DNA of 56,872 bases from positions 1-56,872 of IMG/VR virus record IMGVR_UViG_3300046170_000355, one strand, 5' to 3'. The translations under genes were made by a program, and so were the position numbers. Below, piece after piece: positions 41,568-51,071 of this stretch. How positions within the stretch are numbered: the first letter of the stretch is position 1; each line of letters begins with the position of its first letter. Origin of the DNA: a virus. Its lineage: Duplodnaviria; Caudoviricetes. The notes under the pieces were generated by a model that had not been told where the DNA came from, did not search any database, and saw only the letters and a list, made by a program, of their open reading frames with translations.

Positions 41568-42972
41568 TTTCTATTGTTTTTCTAATACTTACCCCTAACA
41601 AATAAGGTATTTGAGGGACTACGGAATTTCCTAAGCATTTAAGTCTGTCCACCCTGTTGGGTATCCCATGAGCCACTCGACCCACGTTGGGTTCAAACTC
41701 CCACCACCCTTGATCCATTGTTCCTTGTCCTTCTTCGCTACTTTCTGTGGTAGTAAATTGCGGTCTGAATTTATTACGGCTTTGCCACTGTCTTTGTAGT
41801 CTCTCGCTGTCGGAGTCGGCCATCTCTCTGTTGGAAACATTTCTATCGCCATCTCCTCCTCTAGTTTGCCCCTTAACTTTCCTTTCCTGTCGATTCTCTT
41901 CTTGACTGTTTCCAAGTTCTCGTTCATTGCTGCTGATGCTCTCGGAGTCGGCCATCTTTTTATCTCCTCTTCTTGCACTGCTAGTGTCAGAGGTTTCCCC
42001 CCTTGAGCGTATTTCTTCGTTCTCTCCGTTGCTGAGTCTTGTGTCGGAGTCGGCCACAATTTTGCTGCTCGATCTAGGGTTATTTGAACATGTTTGCCTG
42101 TTTTCGGATTGTAGGCTCTTTCGTTCGGTTGAACTGGTTTGCCCTCTTTCGTTACCAAAGTTTCCATCATAGGACCTTTTCCTGCTGTTTGATTTGTCGG
42201 AGTCGGCCACATTAGATTGGGATGTGCCACTTGATCGTTGATGCTGATCGGCATTCCCTTTTCCAACTTCATTGTCATTCTCTCTTTGCTCGAAGGCCCT
42301 CGACCGCAATGAGCGTCTGGTGTCCTCCATAATTGGACTAGTCTCCCCAATCCGATTGACCCGTCCACCCCGTTCTGATTGACCTTTCTGAGAGTCCCGT
42401 TCTTGGTCATGTGGAACTTGTCGTTCTTCCCAATGATTGAACCTGTCGTTCCGTCCGCGCTCATTGGAGTGGGCAATAATCCATACCCTTTCTCTTTGGT
42501 GGTTTGCACCGATGCTCGAAGCTGAAATACTAAATGTCCTTGTGGAGTAACCTTCACTCGCCAAGTTCTCAAGTACGGTGTCGAGACCGAGTTTAATGTG
42601 TCCACCAACGTTTTCTCCAATAACCCAAGAGGGCCTAAGTTCTTGGACAAGTCTAAACATTTCTGGCCAGACGTGTCTCGGATCTTGCTCACCTTTTTGC
42701 TTACCTGCAACGGAGAAAGGTTGGCAAGGATATCCTCCTGTGATGATGTCGATTCCTTTTTCTCCTGAAATAATTCCGTCTGATTTAAGTCTGTCATAAT
42801 TTAACTCCTTTACATTATCATAAACAGGCACTTGAGGCCAGTTCTTATTTAAAATCTTTTTGCAATATTTATCAAAATCACAAAAAGCGACTGTTTCTAC
42901 TAATTCGGCACTTTCTAATCCTAAAGAAAATCCTCCAATGCCACTAAATAAATCTAAATGTCGTAAGGTCAA
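41560..42972 (-). CDS. C5 cytosine DNA methyltransferase, catalytic (alpha-type) polypeptide
   Basis: DLFSGIGG (motif I), GGYPCQPFS (IV), ENV (VI), HQRERVW (VIII), RLKCLGNSVVP (X). Confidence 0.92.
   Translation of the reverse strand: MTLRHLDLFSGIGGFSLGLESAELVETVAFCDFDKYCKKILNKNWPQVPVYDNVKELNYDRLKSDGIISGEKGIDIITGGYPCQPFSVAGKQKGEQDPRHVWPEMFRLVQELRPSWVIGENVGGHIKLGLDTVLENLASEGYSTRTFSISASSIGANHQRERVWIIAHSNERGRNDRFNHWEERQVPHDQERDSQKGQSERGGRVNRIGETSPIMEDTRRSLRSRAFEQRENDNEVGKGNADQHQRSSGTSQSNVADSDKSNSRKRSYDGNFGNERGQTSSTERKSLQSENRQTCSNNPRSSSKIVADSDTRLSNGENEEIRSRGETSDTSSARRGDKKMADSESISSNERELGNSQEENRQERKVKGQTRGGDGDRNVSNREMADSDSERLQRQWQSRNKFRPQFTTTESSEEGQGTMDQGWWEFEPNVGRVAHGIPNRVDRLKCLGNSVVPQIPYLLGVSIRKTIENE
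41631..42797 (-). CDS. Nested alternative-frame methyltransferase partner (beta-type) with six PTP modules
   Basis: 388-aa ORF inside the MTase gene with its own AAGGAG RBS; repeated W/L-P/R-TP units; C-terminal LNPTWVEWLMGYPTGWT resembles motif IX. Confidence 0.8.
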   Translation of the reverse strand: MTDLNQTELFQEKKESTSSQEDILANLSPLQVSKKVSKIRDTSGQKCLDLSKNLGPLGLLEKTLVDTLNSVSTPYLRTWRVKVTPQGHLVFQLRASVQTTKEKGYGLLPTPMSADGTTGSIIGKNDKFHMTKNGTLRKVNQNGVDGSIGLGRLVQLWRTPDAHCGRGPSSKERMTMKLEKGMPISINDQVAHPNLMWPTPTNQTAGKGPMMETLVTKEGKPVQPNERAYNPKTGKHVQITLDRAAKLWPTPTQDSATERTKKYAQGGKPLTLAVQEEEIKRWPTPRASAAMNENLETVKKRIDRKGKLRGKLEEEMAIEMFPTERWPTPTARDYKDSGKAVINSDRNLLPQKVAKKDKEQWIKGGGSLNPTWVEWLMGYPTGWTDLNA

Positions 42973-44528
42973 AATGGTATCTCCTCCTCTTCTTTCTCTT
43001 CTCTTTTCATATCTGGTACATCCAATTCAATGTCATCAGATATAATTTCGTTTATTTTCCAAAGCCTAACTTTGATTTTCTTTATCATTTTAGTTAAATC
43101 TTTTGCTTTATATTCTTCTCTTAATCTTACTGTAACCCATGCTCGTGATTCTTTAAAATCATTTCTTTTCAAATGATCCATTAAATCTTTTAAAGCAAAA
43201 TATGTTTCTCCATTTTCAGAGTAAGATTTTCCTAAGAAAATATCTTCAAACGATAATGCTTCTCCTTGATGTAAAATAAATTCTTCCAGTAACTCTTTAA
43301 ACTCACCTTTCTTCGTCACTTCTTCTGGTGGATAGTCGATAGAAATATGTTCCAACAATTCTGTATAAGCCTGATTCCATTCATTCATAGCCATATTTGG
43401 AATGCCTCTATTAAGCTGCTCAATACATGCTTGAATGACTTTCTTATGTGTCATTAGATCTTCTGTTGAAGATAATTCAATTCTGAAATCATCGACATTG
43501 AGAAAGTAACGAGGTGGGTCAGATTTATAAACCTTGAGATCAGAATAAACTGGATGCTCACGATCATTTTCTCCGCCCACCCCGTACTTTCTCTTCTTAC
43601 AGAGCCTCTTGTTACAGAGGGATTCAATAGGAGGCTGAGTGCATCTGTAAGAATATCTTGGTGCCCCATTTGAGTCACTTTGAGACACCTGCTTAATGAC
43701 AACTAAAACCTCGTCAGATTTTAAAGGAGGCTGTACGTACTGACGATTATAGTCCTCAATAAGATTTTTATAATTATCGGGATCAAATTTACGATAATAA
43801 ACCCCAATATTAAATAACGCATTATTTCTACCACCTTCTCCGATACCATCTTCAGTTAAAATTTGAAGACAAGGTGGGCCATCTTTAATAACTTCATTTT
43901 TGAAATCTGTTTTTATTTTACTCAGATTAGAAACAACATATTTTTCATATAATTGAAAAAATTCCTCTAAAGTAGCTGCTGTACCATCTTCTTTAATCGC
44001 ATATCGGTTACGTCCATGATAAGGAAGATTAATCCAACTACCTGTATCTCTTTTTTCCTCTCCCTCTCTTTGAAAAAGTTTAATTTGTTTAGGAAAAACT
44101 TCTGCACTAGGATAACCTAAAGCTGTCGTCATTTCACTAAGCTTCATTTGTATTTCTTTGGCAGTTACCTTTTCTTTCGTAAAAAGATAAAGATGTGCTC
44201 CTCCACTTTTTGATAAACACATGGTTAAAGGAAATTTTTTCTTTTGAATATTTACTAATAACTTTTTATGATCTAAAGGATAAACATCAATATCAATTGC
44301 ACCGAATAAACATTCATTATTATCATCAATAGGAACGATACCCATAGCCGGATATTCTCCTTTTAAATGTTGTTCAAATTTTTGAATGGTCGGCGGCTCG
44401 TGGACCGTCTTCATATGAGCCTCTACCTTTTTACCATTTTGAGGTTCATTTGATTTTTCAAAAACTCCATGAGCTCTCTCTAAACCCGTAAAAATATTTT
44501 TAAATTTATTTACTAATTCTAAATTCAT
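42969..44528 (-). CDS. Primase-polymerase (AEP-like with a PriCT-type domain)
   Basis: AIDID, SKSGGAHLY, EVFPKQ, WINLPY, PPCL..EGGRNNALF. Confidence 0.8.
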   Translation of the reverse strand: MNLELVNKFKNIFTGLERAHGVFEKSNEPQNGKKVEAHMKTVHEPPTIQKFEQHLKGEYPAMGIVPIDDNNECLFGAIDIDVYPLDHKKLLVNIQKKKFPLTMCLSKSGGAHLYLFTKEKVTAKEIQMKLSEMTTALGYPSAEVFPKQIKLFQREGEEKRDTGSWINLPYHGRNRYAIKEDGTAATLEEFFQLYEKYVVSNLSKIKTDFKNEVIKDGPPCLQILTEDGIGEGGRNNALFNIGVYYRKFDPDNYKNLIEDYNRQYVQPPLKSDEVLVVIKQVSQSDSNGAPRYSYRCTQPPIESLCNKRLCKKRKYGVGGENDREHPVYSDLKVYKSDPPRYFLNVDDFRIELSSTEDLMTHKKVIQACIEQLNRGIPNMAMNEWNQAYTELLEHISIDYPPEEVTKKGEFKELLEEFILHQGEALSFEDIFLGKSYSENGETYFALKDLMDHLKRNDFKESRAWVTVRLREEYKAKDLTKMIKKIKVRLWKINEIISDDIELDVPDMKREEKEEEEIPF

Positions 44529-44544
44529 TTTGCCTCCGAATTTA

Positions 44545-44572
44545 AAAGCTAGCCGAGTTTATCGGCTAGCCA
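44545..44572. terminator. Intergenic hairpin, possible terminator or processing site
   Basis: GCTAGCCGA-GTTTA-TCGGCTAGC inverted repeat; T-run follows on the - strand. Confidence 0.55.
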
Positions 44573-44583
44573 TACCTTTATGT

Positions 44584-45420
44584 TTAAAATGGTAAGTCAG
44601 TGTCTGCTTGTGCAGATGACCCTTGTGGGGCAACTTTCTCATCATCTCTTTGAGGTGTTGAATCTACCTCTCCCGCGTGTATTTGTTTTTCAAACATCAT
44701 CGCATCTTCATAAATGGCTTGTATGCTTTTGTGACTCAATTCATCAATCCATTTTCCTTCAGAGATAATCCAACCAAACCATTTACCCTTATCATTTTTT
44801 TCTCTCACAGTTTTAAGAGAATAAGAACGAGCAAAATCTTTTGGTTGATAAACTTCATCACCATCTACTCTTCTTTGATTAGACATAATGGAGTTCCATG
44901 TTCTTGATTTTTTTAGTTGTGTTGATTTCATTTTAATAATTGCTTTTGTCCACATTCCTTCTGGTTCCAATACAATTACGTAATGTTCAGCAGTGTTCTC
45001 AATATAAGTATCTCCTCCGACAATTCTTTCTTTATTGTCTTCGCCACGAACAACTTTTCCTTCTCTTTTCATTTGTTCGAATTGACTTGAAGTGTATATA
45101 TTAATAGGAGCTCCTGTACCTTCTCCTCTTTCTGCCCATTCAACGTATCTTCTTCTATAGTAAACAGGAAGAACAGTTAATTCTTCGTATGCTTTTTTTG
45201 TGACAGTATTAAATATCATCCCAGGTTTAGCATCTTTTATATAATCTTCATCAGTATCGTCTACTTGAGGAGATGTGTCCCCAATGATGTTTAAATAAGG
45301 TATTGCAAAGTCTTCTGCACCTCTCTCTGATAATGAAGCACCTGTCTTCTTTAGTAAGTCATTTAATGCTATCGCATTTCCTGTTTCTTTTTTTGCTACT
45401 TGCGCTTTTTTCTCGGTCAT
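44584..45420 (-). CDS. Putative ssDNA-binding/annealing replication protein
   Basis: MKSTQLKKSRTWNS; C-terminal DTDLPF tail as in SSBs. Confidence 0.6.
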   Translation of the reverse strand: MTEKKAQVAKKETGNAIALNDLLKKTGASLSERGAEDFAIPYLNIIGDTSPQVDDTDEDYIKDAKPGMIFNTVTKKAYEELTVLPVYYRRRYVEWAERGEGTGAPINIYTSSQFEQMKREGKVVRGEDNKERIVGGDTYIENTAEHYVIVLEPEGMWTKAIIKMKSTQLKKSRTWNSIMSNQRRVDGDEVYQPKDFARSYSLKTVREKNDKGKWFGWIISEGKWIDELSHKSIQAIYEDAMMFEKQIHAGEVDSTPQRDDEKVAPQGSSAQADTDLPF

Positions 45421-45421
45421 A

Positions 45422-45964
45422 TTATTTACCTTTCTTTATGTTTATTTTATGTCCCACAAAAACTCCAAAAGTTTCCATAGGAAGTTCTTTACCGCTCTCA
45501 ATCATTTCACGAATAAAACCTTTAAGAGTCATAGGCTCAACTTTAATATTACGATCAATATCAAAGCCTTTTTCCAAGAAGCTTGTATACATTTGATTAG
45601 CTTTTTCATCTTCTGCTCTACCAAATTTTACAACAACTTGATTTTTTATAATGTCGTCATAGCCTTTATCACGAAGCCATTGAAAAGCTTCCTCTTGTCT
45701 GTCTTTAGCTATGCTTCCAGTATAAAATGGTTTGATGTCAACTGCTTGACCATCTTTCATCTTAATAGAAGTAACTCCTCGTTCTTCCATTAATTGTACA
45801 ATCAATTCATTCTGCTGACGTAGACTATCTTTTTTTGATTTAATTAATAATTCAAGATTGCTTATCTCTTCTTCTGATTTTAAATAATCTTGACAAGCTT
45901 TAGAAATGGGGTCGACTTCATTAACCTCAAAATCTTTTTTATCTCTTCTAAGATCTAGGGTCAT
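45422..45964 (-). CDS. Phage replication-module protein
   Basis: AFQWLRDKGYDDIIKN and VEPMTLKGF. Confidence 0.7.
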   Translation of the reverse strand: MTLDLRRDKKDFEVNEVDPISKACQDYLKSEEEISNLELLIKSKKDSLRQQNELIVQLMEERGVTSIKMKDGQAVDIKPFYTGSIAKDRQEEAFQWLRDKGYDDIIKNQVVVKFGRAEDEKANQMYTSFLEKGFDIDRNIKVEPMTLKGFIREMIESGKELPMETFGVFVGHKINIKKGK

Positions 45965-46439
45965 ATTGCTTCCTCAATTCTTGTTCTTTTTTATTTTTCA
46001 CATCTACCAATTGCTTATCGTAAATCTTTTGTGCAATACCAATTGCCATAAGCTTAGTAAAAGAATCCATCACTTTATCTTTTACTTTTTTTACATCTTT
46101 CTTTTCAAGATTCATTTTGTCTATCTTTTGTAATGCATCTACTGTCATCTTTATGATGTTCTTATCTGATCTAGAAAATTCTTTATCAGAAATTTTAGCA
46201 GCTATTGCATCAGCGACAGCATCTTCTGTACTTACAGTTGCATCACAAATAGTGTAACTAACAATAGGACACTTCTCATAATTTTTAGTGATGTCTTGTC
46301 TGCTTGGAACAGTGTGTAGAATTATTTTTTCATCCTTCTTGACTGTTATGTCATGTTTAGGATAAAAAACTGCCATGCCACCTTTCGTCTTTTTATGATA
46401 CGTTATTACGCCATTTATCTTATCGTGTTTCTCGGTCAT
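45948..46439 (-). CDS. Hypothetical protein
   Basis: ORF track; coupled to neighbour. Confidence 0.65.
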   Translation of the reverse strand: MTEKHDKINGVITYHKKTKGGMAVFYPKHDITVKKDEKIILHTVPSRQDITKNYEKCPIVSYTICDATVSTEDAVADAIAAKISDKEFSRSDKNIIKMTVDALQKIDKMNLEKKDVKKVKDKVMDSFTKLMAIGIAQKIYDKQLVDVKNKKEQELRKQYDPRS

Positions 46440-46453
46440 TTTTTTTGCCTTTC

Positions 46454-46804
46454 TTATTCGTTCATGTCGACTCTGATAGGAAAGTAATCTCTTTCTAATC
46501 TATCATATTTCAACATATTATATCTACCATGAAGAATATATGAAACCACACTTGTGGTCAAGCCAATAAGTGCGGGATCTCCTACTAGTAATATATAGTC
46601 TGTATCTTTTATGTTTTTCAGCATACTTTTTAATTTTCTTATTGTAGGCTGAGGAGACATAACCACCTGTTTTTGACCCTCGAATAAAAATATTACCTCA
46701 CCAAATCTTTTGGCTTTAGAATAATCGAGCGATCGTATTGTACCATCAGGATATTTTCTCATTACATCTTGTACAATATAAACTTTACTTTTTTCATCAT
46801 TCAT
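46454..46804 (-). CDS. Hypothetical protein
   Basis: KVYIVQ, DYILLVGDP, LKYDR. Confidence 0.7.
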   Translation of the reverse strand: MNDEKSKVYIVQDVMRKYPDGTIRSLDYSKAKRFGEVIFLFEGQKQVVMSPQPTIRKLKSMLKNIKDTDYILLVGDPALIGLTTSVVSYILHGRYNMLKYDRLERDYFPIRVDMNE

Positions 46805-46836
46805 AATAATTTCTTCCTTAGAATAATTTTATAATC

Positions 46837-48297
46837 ATGTTATTAGAAAAATACAAGTTTAAAACTAAACCTATGCAACACCAGTTAATCGGCTTAGGTG
46901 CAATGATGTCTCAATTTGAGAATCATAGTCCTGAGTATGCTTTATTTATGGAAATGGGTTGTGGTAAAACTAAGGTACTTATTGATGGTGTCTCTATTCT
47001 TTATGATAATGGAAAAATTGATCAATTGTTTGTCGTTTGTCCTAATGGAATTAAATATAATTGGCGTGATGAATTAAAAAAACATTTAGCAGATCATATT
47101 GAATTTGAAGTTCATGTTTGGGAAGGTGCAAAAACTAAGAAAGAACAAAAGGAAATAAAAGAAAAATTATTTTCTATTAATCAAAAATTAAAAATTTTGA
47201 TTATGAATGTTGAAAGCATTATTACTGCCTATGGCTCCAAGATTGCAGATAGTTTTAGTTATTCTGGAAAAACTTTAATGTGTATTGATGAGTCTACAAT
47301 TATTAAAAATATGTCTACGAAGAGGACAAAGCGTTGTATTAAAATTGGCAGCACTGCTAAATATCGTGTTATTTTAACAGGTTCACCTATTACGAAATCA
47401 CCAGAAGATTTATATGGTCAATGTGCTTTTTTAAGTGAAGACTTATTAGGGTTTAGCTCCATTTATTCGTTTAAGGCCAGATACTGTGATCAAGTTAAAT
47501 TATCTTTTGGTGGTCGTAGTTTTAATAAAGTTACCGGATATAAAAGACTAGACGAACTTACAGATAAAATACGGCAATTTTCTTATCGTGTTACTAAAGA
47601 TGAAGCATTAGATCTTCCTGATAAAATTTATATGAAAAGACGTGTTCCCATGAATGAAAAACAACTTAAAGCTTATGTTCAAATGAAGAATTTAGCCTTG
47701 GTTCAGTTAGAAGAGGGGGAATTAACTACGGCCACCTTGATTGCTCAATTAAAACGACTTCATCAAATTGCGTGTGGTTATATGACGACTGATGAAGGTG
47801 ATATTATTGATTTTTCTGAAAATAGATTAAAAGAATTACTCGATACAATTGAGGAGGTCGATGGAAAAGTAATTATTTGGTGCTCGTATCGCCATAATAT
47901 TAGAAAAGTAATTGAAACTTTAGATAAGAAGTTCGGATCGGGGTCCGCGGAGGGTTTTTATGGAGAAACTCCAAGCACAGAAAGACCTAAAATATTAGAA
48001 AAATTTTTAAATCCGAAACATCATATGAGGTTCTTGGTCGGTCACCCTCGGACAGGGGGGTATGGACTGACTTTGACGATAGCCAAAACCATGATTTTTT
48101 ATTCTAATGATTATGACTTAGAGATAAGGGAACAGGCGGAAGCCAGAAATCATCGTATTGGAACAGAAAGTAAGGTAACATACGTTGATTTAGTTTGCGA
48201 AGGAACTGTAGATGAAAACATCTTAAAAAGTCTTCGGCAGAAAATAAATATAGCAACTCAAATAATGGGAGAGGAGTTTAAAAAATGGTTGATTTAG
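46837..48297 (+). CDS. SNF2-like SF2 helicase
   Basis: MEMGCGKT, IDES, ILTGSP, GGYGLTLT, QAEARNHRIG. Confidence 0.9.
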   Translation: MLLEKYKFKTKPMQHQLIGLGAMMSQFENHSPEYALFMEMGCGKTKVLIDGVSILYDNGKIDQLFVVCPNGIKYNWRDELKKHLADHIEFEVHVWEGAKTKKEQKEIKEKLFSINQKLKILIMNVESIITAYGSKIADSFSYSGKTLMCIDESTIIKNMSTKRTKRCIKIGSTAKYRVILTGSPITKSPEDLYGQCAFLSEDLLGFSSIYSFKARYCDQVKLSFGGRSFNKVTGYKRLDELTDKIRQFSYRVTKDEALDLPDKIYMKRRVPMNEKQLKAYVQMKNLALVQLEEGELTTATLIAQLKRLHQIACGYMTTDEGDIIDFSENRLKELLDTIEEVDGKVIIWCSYRHNIRKVIETLDKKFGSGSAEGFYGETPSTERPKILEKFLNPKHHMRFLVGHPRTGGYGLTLTIAKTMIFYSNDYDLEIREQAEARNHRIGTESKVTYVDLVCEGTVDENILKSLRQKINIATQIMGEEFKKWLI

Positions 48298-48458
48298 TTG
48301 ATAGAAATAAATTAATATGGCTGAAAGAAAAAGAATTAATAGAGGCAGCAAAAGATGTTTTAAATTATTGTAAAAATAAACCTATTAAAAATTTTAAATG
48401 GTCAATTTTAACAATTGAATTGTTTCTTGAAATGAAAGGAGAAATTATAAATGGTTGA
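48285..48458 (+). CDS. Small hypothetical protein (57 aa)
   Basis: Hand-translated MVDLVDRNKL...; GAGGAG RBS. Confidence 0.6.
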   Translation: MVDLVDRNKLIWLKEKELIEAAKDVLNYCKNKPIKNFKWSILTIELFLEMKGEIING

Positions 48459-48612
48459 TTTAAGTGAAGCGTATAAATTTGTTAAAGAAGACGAATTAAA
48501 AAAAGCACTTAGAAATATTCTTCTTTATTGTAAATTTGACACAGCAGAAAATTTATTAGAATCTGTTGAAATTGTAGAAAAATTTTTACAAGAAAAAAAT
48601 AGAGAAAAATAG
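48451..48612 (+). CDS. Small hypothetical protein (53 aa), probable paralog of the preceding gene
   Basis: MVDLSEAYKF...; AAGGAG RBS. Confidence 0.6.
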   Translation: MVDLSEAYKFVKEDELKKALRNILLYCKFDTAENLLESVEIVEKFLQEKNREK

Positions 48613-48617
48613 ATATT

Positions 48618-48836
48618 ATGTTGAGTTCTACTAGAAAATATCGCCTTAAAAAAAGACCAGTTTATGAAATTACTGATAAACGTGCTTCAGAGCGTTATAA
48701 AAATGAGGAAAACAAAAGAAGAAGAGCTCGTAAGTTAGCAGAAAAACTTATGGGTAAAAATTATTTTACTAATATGCAAGAAATAATACTTAAAACTGCA
48801 ATAGAAATGCAGGAAAGGAAAAAAAATGAAACATAA
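48618..48836 (+). CDS. Hypothetical basic protein
   Basis: ORF track. Confidence 0.6.
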   Translation: MLSSTRKYRLKKRPVYEITDKRASERYKNEENKRRRARKLAEKLMGKNYFTNMQEIILKTAIEMQERKKNET

Positions 48837-49455
48837 TTATTTTAAAATCCCAGGATGGTTTAACTACTCAGAAACTTACGACATTATTGTTGATCAAATT
48901 AGTGATGATGGAAAAATAATAGAGATAGGTTCTTTTTTAGGAAGGTCTACTCATTATTTAGCTACCTCTTTGTTTAATGCAAACAAGACGAATGTAAAAA
49001 TTTATTCAGTAGATACTTTTGAAGGGTCTTCGGAACATTCAAACTTAGATTTATCAAAAGATTTTTCATCAACTTTTAAAAATAATTTAGAGTTTTTTAT
49101 TGAAAGAGGAATGGTAATTGTTTGCCAAGGAAGATCGGATGATTCTAAAATTTTAGAAAATTTTAAAGACAATTCAATCGACTATATTATGATAGATGGA
49201 GCGCACGAGTATGAACCAGTTATGGATGATATAGAAAACTGGTGGCCCAAATTAAAAACTGATGGAGTTATGTTTGGTGATGACTATAGTTTAGCCTCTG
49301 TTTCTGAGGCGGTACAAGTTTCTCTATCAAAACTAAAAGCAAGAGGTTTAGGAGTTAATTCTAGTCAAGAACAAACTTGGTATACTGGAAAAAACCCTGA
49401 AAAACTTAAAGTTTTTGAAAAATTAGTTCCGGGGCAGAATACTTTAAAAAAGTAA
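48826..49455 (+). CDS. Class I SAM-dependent methyltransferase (Methyltransf_24-like)
   Basis: IEIGSFLGRS, VDTF, MIDGAHEY, GVMFGDDY. Confidence 0.85.
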   Translation: MKHNYFKIPGWFNYSETYDIIVDQISDDGKIIEIGSFLGRSTHYLATSLFNANKTNVKIYSVDTFEGSSEHSNLDLSKDFSSTFKNNLEFFIERGMVIVCQGRSDDSKILENFKDNSIDYIMIDGAHEYEPVMDDIENWWPKLKTDGVMFGDDYSLASVSEAVQVSLSKLKARGLGVNSSQEQTWYTGKNPEKLKVFEKLVPGQNTLKK

Positions 49456-49476
49456 ATAATTTTCTATACTCAAGCT

Positions 49477-49755
49477 ATGGATTATCAACTTGAGTATGTC
49501 GTTTGGAGAGACACTGTCGAAGAAGAGTCTGGATGGCACACGTATGGTGATATGAAAAAATTAAAAACGGCTATATGCGATGAGGTTGGATGGATTCTTC
49601 AAGAAAATAAAGATGAGTTAAAGTTAATGGCTTCGATGATTAGAAAAGATAAAGAAGGTGGTCGTACAGTCGTGCTTTATAAAAGCTCTATTATTTATAG
49701 AATGCAAATACCTTTAAAATTGTATTCTGATGTCAAACAAAAGATATTCAATTAA
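49477..49755 (+). CDS. Hypothetical protein
   Basis: VVWRD...GW...VGW pattern. Confidence 0.65.
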   Translation: MDYQLEYVVWRDTVEEESGWHTYGDMKKLKTAICDEVGWILQENKDELKLMASMIRKDKEGGRTVVLYKSSIIYRMQIPLKLYSDVKQKIFN

Positions 49756-50101
49756 AAACAATTTATTGAATGAAAAACACGCAACAGGTGTTATTTCAGA
49801 ACTCAAAGCAACACAATTTTTAATAAAAAATGGTTTTTTAGTGTTTACGAACACTTCTCCGAATGGATTGATTGATATTATTGCAGTAAATGATGATGGA
49901 GAAGTTTTTTTAATTGATGTTAAGACAATTACTCATAGAAAAAAGTATAAATATCCTTCCAAAAAAGAAATTAATAGATGTCCAACTTCAAATCAAAAGA
50001 AAATGGGGGTAATTTTAATGATGATTGATGACGAAAATATAAAGTTTTCACCAAGTAACTGTAATTTAGCTAAGATTGTGAAAAAAATGAAATGTCAATA
50101 A
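49730..50101 (+). CDS. PD-(D/E)XK nuclease-like protein
   Basis: G..SE...L...GF.VF, IDIIA, IDVKT. Confidence 0.7.
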   Translation: MSNKRYSIKNNLLNEKHATGVISELKATQFLIKNGFLVFTNTSPNGLIDIIAVNDDGEVFLIDVKTITHRKKYKYPSKKEINRCPTSNQKKMGVILMMIDDENIKFSPSNCNLAKIVKKMKCQ

Positions 50102-50168
50102 ATTTATTTGATGTTTTTAAAAATAAATGTGTGGAAATTTATATCAAGAATTTGATATACTAAGATTT

Positions 50169-50192
50169 CGTGCGTACGCACGTATATATAAT
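50169..50192 (+). promoter_or_regulatory. Palindromic operator-like site next to a -10 box
   Basis: Perfect palindrome CGTGCGTACGCACG (50169-50182), TATAAT at 50187-50192, then AAGGAG and ATG 50217. Confidence 0.6.
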
Positions 50193-50216
50193 GTAAATTT
50201 TAAAAAGGAGTGAAAA

Positions 50217-50381
50217 ATGGAAACAAAACCATTCAAAGATAATTTAGTAAAAAGATTAACAGAATTAGAAATTAACAAAATGACAGAAAAACAATTACAA
50301 GAGCAATATATTAAATATCTTCAACAAAGATTATTAAAAATGGACGATAAAGTCTGCACTTGTGGTGGAAGTAGGGTATAA
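50217..50381 (+). CDS. Small hypothetical protein (54 aa)
   Basis: Hand-translated METKPFKDNL...VCTCGGSRV. Confidence 0.65.
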   Translation: METKPFKDNLVKRLTELEINKMTEKQLQEQYIKYLQQRLLKMDDKVCTCGGSRV

Positions 50382-50394
50382 ACCCTACTTCTTT
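50369..50394. terminator. Hairpin between convergent genes
   Basis: AAGTAGGGT-ATAA-ACCCTACTT. Confidence 0.6.
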
Positions 50395-50546
50395 ATTCGT
50401 TCGAACATCATATTGTGATATTCTTCCACAATCATTTCAAGTTCAGTCGGAACAGATCGCCTAGTTTTAAGACACATTTCTTCCAACATTTTTCTTGTTT
50501 TAGCAGATATCATTTGAGATACCCACTTACTTTTATCTTTACTCAT
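50385..50546 (-). CDS. Putative ribbon-helix-helix DNA-binding protein (53 aa)
   Basis: WVSQMISAKTRKMLEEMCLKTRRSVPTELEMIVEE fits the Arc-like strand-helix-RS-helix pattern. Confidence 0.55.
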   Translation of the reverse strand: MSKDKSKWVSQMISAKTRKMLEEMCLKTRRSVPTELEMIVEEYHNMMFERIKK

Positions 50547-50656
50547 TTTTTCTTTTTTCTCCGTTTTTTCTTAGCTGCTCTTTTAATTTTAGCAGCACCT
50601 GTTGGTGGACCATGACGCATTGACACTGCATTACATGATCCAATAGTTTTACCCAT
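50543..50656 (-). CDS. Small basic protein (37 aa)
   Basis: MGKTIGSCNAVSMRHGPPTGAAKIKRAAKKKRRKKKK; coupled on both sides. Confidence 0.55.
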   Translation of the reverse strand: MGKTIGSCNAVSMRHGPPTGAAKIKRAAKKKRRKKKK

Positions 50657-50847
50657 TATATTAAATCCATCAATTTATTGATGTCGTGGAGTTCGTTTTG
50701 TAATTTTGTGATTTCGTGAGTAAAACGATCATTCACTAACTCCACTTTTGCTTTGCCTCGAACTTTAAAATACTTTTCTAATTTTATAAGTATCTCTTCT
50801 TTTCTTTTGGCGTGTTTATTTAGCCATGTTTGTTCTGTTTCGTTCAT
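50656..50847 (-). CDS. Hypothetical protein
   Basis: ORF track; AAGGA RBS. Confidence 0.65.
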   Translation of the reverse strand: MNETEQTWLNKHAKRKEEILIKLEKYFKVRGKAKVELVNDRFTHEITKLQNELHDINKLMDLI

Positions 50848-50916
50848 TCTTCTTTCCTTTCTTATATTATTTTATAGCTTTTTACAATAAATGCTACAGA
50901 CACTTTCTTATATATG

Positions 50917-50958
50917 TATACGTGCGTATGCGTATGCACTAATGCAATTTTTATTTAA
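50917..50958 (-). promoter_or_regulatory. Repeated promoter/operator-like element, copy 1
   Basis: + strand TATACGTGCGTAT...GCACTAATGCAATTTTTATTTAA, also at 52331-52375. Confidence 0.55.
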
Positions 50959-51029
50959 TGATAATGTCTTAAAAATTATTATAGTAATAGAGTGTATTTA
51001 TAAAATGCACTCCTCCTTTAATAAGACAA

Positions 51030-51059
51030 TAAGGGGTTTTCCTAATGAAAGCCCCTTAT
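51030..51059. terminator. Hairpin downstream of ORF 51072-51341
   Basis: TAAGGGG...CCCCTTA inverted repeat. Confidence 0.5.
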
Positions 51060-51071
51060 ACTGATTTTGAT

